NCBI GenBank assembly: GCA_005877565.1
Contig: VBOK01000081.1
Location: 9,366 to 52,045 of the forward strand
Direction: 5' to 3'
DNA: 42,680 nt
DNA from: Nitrospirota bacterium
GTDB taxonomy: Bacteria; Nitrospirota; Nitrospiria; Nitrospirales; NS-4
In this document: piece after piece, positions 30,740-37,861 of the stretch
Position numbering within the stretch: position 1 is the stretch's first letter
Layout of the letters: each line of letters starts with the position of its first letter
Program-made: the position numbers and the translations under genes
Notes under the pieces: generated by a model
The model's database searches: none
The model's input: the letters and a program-made list of their open reading frames with translations, nothing else
Told to the model about the DNA's origin: nothing

Positions 30740-31054
30740 ATGCGTAATCCTGTGACGGCTGAGAGTCCTTCACTCCTCACCAGGACAGAGTGTGACGGCG
30801 CGCTGCGTGTCGCGGACCCGACGCTGATCTGCCGCCGGTGTCAAGGGCTGCTGATCGTCGATTACTTGACGGATTTGGAGGATAGCAGCGAGTGTCTCTG
30901 GCTACACGTGTGGCGTTGCGTGGCCTGTGGGGAGGTGACGGAACCGAGGATCGTTTGTCAACGGCTCGCCCAACAGGGCCATCCTGACTCTCCGGTGGAG
31001 CACTTGCGGAACAAGGCCCGCAAAAAACACGGGCCCGTCCGGCTTGGCGCCTGA
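30740..31054 (+). CDS. hypothetical zinc-ribbon protein (CxxC-N26-CxxC)
   Basis: 104-aa ORF in the AT-richer islet with CRRCQG...WRCVACGE and a basic C-terminus. Weak SD. The start is uncertain. Confidence 0.4.
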   Translation: MRNPVTAESPSLLTRTECDGALRVADPTLICRRCQGLLIVDYLTDLEDSSECLWLHVWRCVACGEVTEPRIVCQRLAQQGHPDSPVEHLRNKARKKHGPVRLGA

Positions 31055-31102
31055 ACGGTCTGTCTCGAACTTATCGGCGCACTTTTTCTCGAGGAGGACG
31101 AT

Positions 31103-31351
31103 ATGGACGTTAACCACACGGAGGGAGCCATTCTCGAGTCAGTCATTCTCGATATTCTGCAGGTCAGTTCCCAACCGTTGACCATTGAGGAAATCGTCGA
31201 CAGGCTCCCTTTTCTGGGCTGGAACCAAATATTTTTAGCAGTTGATTCCATGAACCGCAAAGGCCTGATCATCCTCAAACGCCAAGCATACAGCTTCATA
31301 GTGTCGTGCCCCACTCATGATACAACGAAACTTGAAGACAGCATGAGATAA
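31103..31351 (+). CDS. hypothetical small winged-helix-like protein
   Basis: GAGGAGGA SD 5 nt upstream. 82 aa. ILDILQVSSQPLTIEEIVDRL...VDSMNRKGLIILKR resembles a wHTH recognition helix plus wing. Confidence 0.45.
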   Translation: MDVNHTEGAILESVILDILQVSSQPLTIEEIVDRLPFLGWNQIFLAVDSMNRKGLIILKRQAYSFIVSCPTHDTTKLEDSMR

Positions 31352-31441
31352 AAAGGGGACAGGCTACTTTTCCCTCTAGGGGTACTAGTAACCGCCGCAG
31401 TACCCATCAAAGAAGCTAGAAAAGTAGCCTGTCCCCTTTTT
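31350..31441. terminator. 22-23-bp perfect-stem hairpin with nested inner hairpin, A-run before and T-run after (bidirectional terminator-like)
   Basis: AAAAGGGGACAGGCTACTTTTC (31351-31372) pairs perfectly with GAAAAGTAGCCTGTCCCCTTTT (31419-31440). The 46-nt loop holds GGGTACT-N12-AGTACCC. The structure starts at the TAA of the upstream ORF. Confidence 0.55.
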
Positions 31442-31500
31442 CTCCACGCACGACCCAGCCGGCCTAGTCACGCTCATCACGCCAAAGGGTGTCTTACATC

Positions 31501-31536
31501 GTTTTTACCGACTCTTGACACTGTTTTTACCGACTC
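31501..31536 (+). promoter_or_regulatory. tandem 14-bp direct repeat GTTTTTACCGACTC x2 (22-bp period), candidate activator site
   Basis: Identical copies at 31501-31514 and 31523-31536, about 105-140 nt upstream of the predicted sigma54 start site. Confidence 0.45.
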
Positions 31537-31615
31537 GTGTTCATTTGTGCTCATCGCCTTTCATCCCCTTCAGGTGGATGCGCTCTAACTCACATCTTTT
31601 CCTTCCCAGCGACGC

Positions 31616-31631
31616 CGGCATAACCTTTGCT
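31616..31631 (+). promoter_or_regulatory. sigma54-type -24/-12 promoter cGGCATaaccTTTGCt
   Basis: GG at 31617-18 and GC at 31629-30 have the canonical spacing of TGGCACG-N4-TTGCW. About 45 nt upstream of ATG 31677. Confidence 0.5.
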
Positions 31632-31676
31632 CAAGTACATTTGCTCTAGTACAGACGAATAAAGGAGGTAATCATC

Positions 31677-32150
31677 ATGACAACACTAACCGTCTTCCGA
31701 ACCGGCTTGTTTGCGTTGACGTTAGTGGCTCTTGGCTTTCTACCAGGAGTCTCGGTGGCCAATCCTCTCTCAGCAACTGGCAATGGAGATTTCATCGTTA
31801 ATGGCGACCTGAGGACCTTCTCCTTCAGCGCGATCATACAGCCCAATGGGAATGTGGCTGGCCGAGCGGAAGTCCATAACCGAGCTTTGGGTACTGTCGT
31901 CCACATGGACATCGATTGCCTAACTGTCGTCTCCCCGAATACGGCTTTTGTCAGTGGGACCATCACGAAGAGCAGTGTGCCTGGTTTGGTGGGGCTAACC
32001 GGAATCTTTGAAGCACAAGATAACGGGAAGGGCGCCGCTAGCCCACCTGATAGACTAAGCCTGTTAATAGTGCCTGGCACGAGCTGCAGCACCAAACCCA
32101 GTTTGGACCTGATCGATATACAGCATGGGGACGTCCAAGTTCGACCTTGA
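31677..32150 (+). CDS. secreted hypothetical protein (beta-rich)
   Basis: AAGGAGG SD and signal peptide LFALTLVALGFLPGVSVA. The mature part is rich in short beta-strand-like segments and has two Cys. No family recognised. Confidence 0.6.
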   Translation: MTTLTVFRTGLFALTLVALGFLPGVSVANPLSATGNGDFIVNGDLRTFSFSAIIQPNGNVAGRAEVHNRALGTVVHMDIDCLTVVSPNTAFVSGTITKSSVPGLVGLTGIFEAQDNGKGAASPPDRLSLLIVPGTSCSTKPSLDLIDIQHGDVQVRP

Positions 32151-32203
32151 AGAGTGGCGGCCGACCCCCCGCGCCCTCTGACAAGGCGCAGGTCAGCGAC
32201 GCC

Positions 32204-33340
32204 TCAGTCGTCCACGCCTTTGGCGGAGCGGGTGGGATCGAGGCCGATGACGCGGGCCAGCTCGCGGTGGATGCGGGCGACCCGTTCCACCTGGCCCTTG
32301 GCGGGGAAACGCTCGTAGAACCCCTCCGCGCGGAAGTCGCGCACGCGCTCCTTCCACGGCGCGAGGAGGCGCTCCCAGCGTTTGATTCGATCCTCACCCG
32401 ATCCGCGTTCCTGTGACGCGAGTCCCGCGCAGACCCGCACCATCGCCTTAATCGTCACTGGCTTGGTCACCATGTAGTTCGCGTTCCCCCAGGCGTCGCC
32501 CCAGACGCGCTCCGCTGCCTTGAAGAAGTCCCGTACCAGCCCGTAGAACCGCGTGACCTCCCGCGCGCCGCTCCCTTCGCGCTGGATGGTCTTCCAATTC
32601 TTATACACCCACCGGTGGATCTCGTTGAACAGCTCGGCCTGGAGGATCCATTTCTCCTGCTGGCTGCGTCCGCCCAGTCGGTTGATCCGGTAGCGGAGCG
32701 GGCTGTCCCCCTCGCTGTACAGATGCTCGACGACGCGCGCGGCGAACTTCTTGTCGGGCGCCGCCCAGGACACGCGCTCGTACAGGTCCACGAGGTGACT
32801 CTTGTTGATCCGGGTCGGCGTCGAATTGATGATGACGAACATCTCGGTCGCGAAGTCCTCGCTGCGGCCGTCGAAGATGACGCAGGGGATGTTGATGGTG
32901 TTCGCGTCATCGGGGTGGTACCGGCGGTAAAAGTGCAGCGCAGCCAGGCGGTGCTGGCCGTCAATGACCAGGTACCTGCCGCTTGGCTCCTCCAGGTGAC
33001 CGACTTCCTCGGAGGATCCGAGGGCTCTGAAGTGGAGTCGTTCCGGTGTAAACAGCAACACGGTGCCCGGAATCGGCGGCTGACTGACGGCGGTCTCGTA
33101 GAAATTCGTGATGGCCTTGACCTTGGCGCGCGAGAGCTGGCGCTGAAAGGCCTTGTCGCTGCGCTCGATCCTGGCGATGAACTGGGCGATCTCGTCCTCT
33201 TCGGCAATCTCGGCCGGCGCGATCTGCTCGCCTTCGCCGTAGAACCGGCTGACGAACTGGACCTTCCGGAGCAGGTCTTCCGCCGGATAGGAGACGAAGT
33301 AGAAGACGCCGTCCTTCTGACGGACCCGCGTGGCAAGCAT
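32204..33340 (-). CDS. DGQHR-domain protein (DndB/DpdB-like, ParB/sulfiredoxin superfamily)
   Basis: Motifs FQRQLSRAKVKAI, VIDGQHRLAAL and FVIINSTPTRINKSHLVDL. 378 aa, similar in size to DndB. AGGAGGAG SD lies 8 nt upstream, and the gene starts 23 nt after lolD. Confidence 0.8.
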   Translation of the reverse strand: MLATRVRQKDGVFYFVSYPAEDLLRKVQFVSRFYGEGEQIAPAEIAEEDEIAQFIARIERSDKAFQRQLSRAKVKAITNFYETAVSQPPIPGTVLLFTPERLHFRALGSSEEVGHLEEPSGRYLVIDGQHRLAALHFYRRYHPDDANTINIPCVIFDGRSEDFATEMFVIINSTPTRINKSHLVDLYERVSWAAPDKKFAARVVEHLYSEGDSPLRYRINRLGGRSQQEKWILQAELFNEIHRWVYKNWKTIQREGSGAREVTRFYGLVRDFFKAAERVWGDAWGNANYMVTKPVTIKAMVRVCAGLASQERGSGEDRIKRWERLLAPWKERVRDFRAEGFYERFPAKGQVERVARIHRELARVIGLDPTRSAKGVDD

Positions 33341-33363
33341 AACGTGTGCTCCTCCTGATTTCG

Positions 33364-34025
<662 letters not shown>

Positions 34026-34029
<4 letters not shown>

Positions 34030-35267
34030 TCGTACCGCAATGCCTCGGCCGGGTCCAGGCGAGCCGCCTGCCGGCAGGGATGGAGCGTGGCCAGGAACGT
34101 GATGGTGATCGCCGACACGGCGACCGTCACGACGTCCACAATCTTGATGTTCACCGGGATGCGGCTCAGGTAGTAGACATCCCCCGGCAGGGTGTAGAAG
34201 GTCTGGATCGCCCAGCAGAAGCTGTAGCCCAGCGGAATGCCGATCACCGTCCCGACGATGCCGATCACGAGCCCGTTCAGCATGAAGATGCGCGTCACGG
34301 CCTGGCCGGTCGCGCCCATCGCCTTCAGGATGGCGATCTCCCGGTGCTTCTCCACGACGATCATGGTGAGCGTGCTCACGATGTTGAAGGAGGCGACGAT
34401 CACGACCAGCACCAGCAGGATGAACATCATGAACTTCTCCAGCTTGAGCGCCGAGAACAGGTTCTTGTTGAGTTTCATCCAGTCGCGCGCCCAGTAGTGG
34501 AAGCCGATGGTGTGCTCGATCGCCTGGGCGATGCGGTCCGCCGCGAAGATGTCCGCGACCTTCACCTCGATGCCGGTCACCGTGTCGCCCATGTTGAAGA
34601 ACTCCTGCGCCTGCTTGATCGACACGTAGACGAGCGACGAATCGTACTCGTACATCCCGGACTCGAACACGCCGACCACGCGGTAGCTCCGCACCTTCGG
34701 GATCAAGCCCAGGGCGCTGATGGGGCCCACGGGGGAGACGACGTTCAGCCGGTCGCCCATGAAGACGCCCAGCCGCAACGCCAGCTCCTTGCCGATGATG
34801 ATGCCGGGGAGCAGCAGCGGTGGGGCCCCTGGCGGCTGGTCCAGTTCCTCCAGCCTGCCGGCGCGGAGGGTCTTCGCGATCTCCGTAACCGTTGGTTCGC
34901 GCCGCACGTCGACCCCGCGCAGCACGACGCCGTGCGAGCCGCTCTCCGACGTGAGCAGGACCTGCTTGAAGATGAACGGGGTGGCGGCGACCACCTCCGG
35001 GACGGCGGCCACCTTGTCCGTCAGCGTGGCGTAGTCCTTGATCGACTCGCCGGTGCGGGTGGTGACGATGATGTGCGAGTTCGTGCCGAGGATCTTGGCT
35101 TGCAGGTCCTCCTTGAAGCCCGTCATGATCCCTAGCGTGGCGATCAGGGCCGCCACGCCGATGGTCACGCCGATGATGGAGATGAGCGTGTTGAACGAGA
35201 TGGTGCGGTTGCGGCGCTTGGCCCGGAGGTAGCGGAGACCGATGAAGGCTTCGTACGGGAGGCTCAT
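34026..35267 (-). CDS. lolC: lipoprotein-releasing system permease (LolC/LolE family)
   Basis: 413 aa with MacB-like periplasmic domain plus FtsX TM bundle ([12 protein letters not shown]). Confidence 0.85.
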
Positions 35268-36772
35268 TTTTCCGGACGCAGTTGCGGGAAAAGGATCACG
35301 TCGCGGATGGACGTCTGGTTGGTCAGCAGCATGACGAGCCGGTCAATGCCGATCCCTTCCCCGGCCGTCGGCGGCATGCCGTGCTCGAGCGCGCGCAGGA
35401 AGTCTTCATCCAGGCGCTGGGCTTCCAGATCGCCCTTGGCCCGCTCGGCCATCTGTGCCTCGAAGCGCTTGCGCTGGTCCAGGGGGTCGTTCAGCTCCGA
35501 GAAGGCGTTGGCGATCTCGCGGGTGGCGATGTAGAGCTCAAAGCGGTCGGTGAGCTCCGGGTTGTGTGCCTTGCGTTTCGCCAGGGGGGAGATCTCGACC
35601 GGGAAGTCGGTGATGAATGTCGGCTGGATCAGCGTGGGCTCGACCACCTGCTCGAACAGCAGGACCATCAACTGCCAGTAGGATTCGCCGCCCTTGAGGT
35701 CGCACTGGTGTTTCTTGGCCTGGCTCAGGACGTATGCAGGGTCGGTGATCTGCTGCAGCGTCGCGCCCAGCCGATCGGCGATCGCGGCCCGGTAGCTGAT
35801 GCGTTTCCAGGGGCGGGTGAAGGAGAGCGTGGTCGTCTTCTCGTCGTTTGGGTGCAGACAATACGGGACGGTCTGCGTCCCCTTGCCGTGGACCGTCTCG
35901 ACGAGCTCCACGATCAACTCCTCGGTCAGGGGCATCAGGTCCGTGTAGTCGGCGTAGGCCATGTAGAACTCAAGCATCGTGAACTCGGGGTTGTGGATCG
36001 TGGAGATGCCCTCGTTCCGGAAGTTGCGGTTGATCTCGAAGACCCGGTTCAGCCCGCCGACGATCAGCCGCTTGAGGTAGAGCTCGGGGGCCACTCGCAG
36101 GTACAGATCGACCCCGAGCGTGTTGTGGTGGGTGACGAACGGGCGTGCCGTGGCGCCGCCGGGGATCTGGTGCATCATCGGCGTCTCCACCTCCAGGAAG
36201 CCTTTGCCAACGAGGAAGGTGCGGATGGCCTGGATGATCCGGCCGCGCGTGATGAAGATGCGCTTGACCTCCGGGTTCGCGATCAGGTCCACATAGCGCT
36301 GGCGGTACCGCGTCTCGACGTCAGTCAGGCCGTGCCATTTTTCCGGGAGCGGGCGGAGGGCCTTGCAGAGCAGCGTGAGCTGTTTGACTTCGACCGTCAG
36401 CTCGTTCGTCTTGGTGCGAAAGAGCCGGCCGCTGACGCCGATCCAGTCGCCGATGTCGAGCAGGCCCGCCAGGGCGAAGCCTTGTTCGCCCAGGACATCT
36501 TTCTTCAAGTACACCTGGATGGCGTCCACGCCGTCCTGGAGCGAGACAAAGGCGGCCTTGCCGAACCAGCGCAGGGCGATCACCCGGCCGGCGATGGTGG
36601 TGGTGACGGGCTTCTGCTCGAGCGCGTCCTTGGTCGCCGTGCCGTAGCGCGCGATGAGATCGCCGGCGCGGTCCTGCACGTCGAACTTCCCGCCGAACGG
36701 ATCGATCCCTAGGCGTCGAAGCTGATCCAGCTTCTTGAGCCGCTGGGCGATCTGGTCGTTCAAGTCATCCAT
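35264..36772 (-). CDS. lysS: lysine--tRNA ligase (class II)
   Basis: OB-fold N-domain, [16 protein letters not shown] and [12 protein letters not shown]. Confidence 0.94.
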   Translation of the reverse strand: MDDLNDQIAQRLKKLDQLRRLGIDPFGGKFDVQDRAGDLIARYGTATKDALEQKPVTTTIAGRVIALRWFGKAAFVSLQDGVDAIQVYLKKDVLGEQGFALAGLLDIGDWIGVSGRLFRTKTNELTVEVKQLTLLCKALRPLPEKWHGLTDVETRYRQRYVDLIANPEVKRIFITRGRIIQAIRTFLVGKGFLEVETPMMHQIPGGATARPFVTHHNTLGVDLYLRVAPELYLKRLIVGGLNRVFEINRNFRNEGISTIHNPEFTMLEFYMAYADYTDLMPLTEELIVELVETVHGKGTQTVPYCLHPNDEKTTTLSFTRPWKRISYRAAIADRLGATLQQITDPAYVLSQAKKHQCDLKGGESYWQLMVLLFEQVVEPTLIQPTFITDFPVEISPLAKRKAHNPELTDRFELYIATREIANAFSELNDPLDQRKRFEAQMAERAKGDLEAQRLDEDFLRALEHGMPPTAGEGIGIDRLVMLLTNQTSIRDVILFPQLRPEK

Positions 36773-36836
36773 AAAGTCAGCGCATGATAGTCGGCGGGGG
36801 GAGGCAAGTCAATTTACAGAGCAGGGATCGCCTGTT

Positions 36837-36864
36837 GTAGGGGCACGGCGCGCCGTGCCCCTAC
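36837..36864. repeat. 28-bp perfect palindrome GTAGGGGCACGGCGCGCCGTGCCCCTAC (REP/terminator-like)
   Basis: Overlaps the prfB stop codon (36861-36863) and lies between prfB and lysS. A near-identical copy is at 42591-42614. Confidence 0.55.
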
Positions 36865-37861
36865 CGCTCCTGCTTCACCGATTGCAGCAGGTACGCCTCG
36901 ATGAACGGGTCGAGGTCGCCGTCCATGACGGCCGTGATGTTCCCCACCTCCGCGTTGGTCCGGTGGTCCTTGACGAGCTGGTAGGGCTGAAAGACATAGG
37001 AGCGGATCTGGCTGCCGAAGCCGATTTCCTTCTTCTCCCCGACGAAGGCGTTGAACTCTTCCTCCTTCTTCTTCACTTCCAGCTCGTAGAGGCGCGCCCG
37101 CAACACCTTCATCGCCCCACTCTTGTTCTTCAGTTGGGAGCGCTCGTTCTGGGTCTTTCTCCTCGAGGGTCACGTCCACGTCGTCCTCGATCTCGGGATA
37201 GACGAAGACGGAGGCGAAGGAGGTGTGCCGCCGCTTGTTGGCGTCGTACGGGGAGATGCGTACCAGACGGTGGACGCCGGCCTCGGCCTTGAGGTAGCCG
37301 TAGGCGTTCTCGCCGGCGATGCTCAGCGTCACGCTCTTGATGCCGGCTTGCTCCCCGGGAAGATAGTCCAGCGTCTCGACCTTGTAGCCCTTCTTCTCCG
37401 CCCACCGCGCGTACATGCGCATGAGCATCTCAGCCCAGTCCTGGGACTCCGTCCCCCCGGCGCCCGGATGGATCGAGAGGATCGCGTTGTTCGCGTCCAT
37501 CTCGCCGCGCAGCAGGAGATTGACCCGAAGCCGGGTCAGGGCCTGCTCGGCCTGGACCAGTTCGGCGGCCAGTTCCTCTTCCAGCGAGGCGTCGTGCTCG
37601 GACTCCGCCAGCTCGACCATCGCGCGGAGATCGCCGAGCCTGCGCTCCATGTCGCCCCAGCTCTTGATCTCCCGTTCGAGGAGGTTCTTCTGCCGGATGG
37701 TGCTCTGGGCCGTGCGACGGTCCCCCCAGAAGTCAGGGGCGGCCATGCGCGTGTCCAATGTCTGGATTTGGGATTTCAGCGAGGCGAGGTCAAAGATGCC
37801 CCCGCAGTTCGTCAAAACGGGTAATTAGGCTCGCTAGGCGGGCTTTCAGGTCGTCGAACAT
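36861..37861 (-). pseudogene. prfB: peptide chain release factor 2 with programmed +1 frameshift, but with an internal out-of-frame deletion removing the GGQ region
   Basis: ATG 37861 MFDDLKARLASLITRFDELRGHL-TGA, then the +1 frame DLASLKSQ...[35 protein letters not shown]. At 37152 the frame switches to [25 protein letters not shown]...[12 protein letters not shown]. No GGQ is encoded. Confidence 0.8.
37789..37804 (-). promoter_or_regulatory. prfB: RF2 autoregulatory +1 frameshift site (GGGGG-CAT-CTT-TGA-C)
   Basis: Minus strand has CTT 37795-37793, in-frame TGA 37792-37790 followed by C, and an internal SD-like GGGGG 3 nt upstream. This is the classical CUU UGA C context. Confidence 0.8.

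Noticed and set aside
30546-30773. 75-aa minus-strand ORF in the AT-rich intergenic region. The minus-strand ORFs 30958-31314 and 31646-32095 fall in the same class.
   Set aside because: They have no SD, they are antisense to ORFs with good SDs or a signal peptide, and their composition is not protein-like.
31350-31441. The large hairpin after a small promoterless-looking ORF as an integron attC site (gene cassette).
   Set aside because: There are no RYYYAAC / GTTRRRY core sites, no extrahelical-base asymmetry (the stem is perfect), and no intI or other cassettes nearby.
36814-37140. The last ~100 residues of the 333-aa track ORF (...[31 protein letters not shown]...) as a novel RF2 C-terminus.
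   Set aside because: This is out-of-frame read-through after the internal deletion. The genuine RF2 C-terminus ([12 protein letters not shown]...SVKQER) is in the neighbouring frame.
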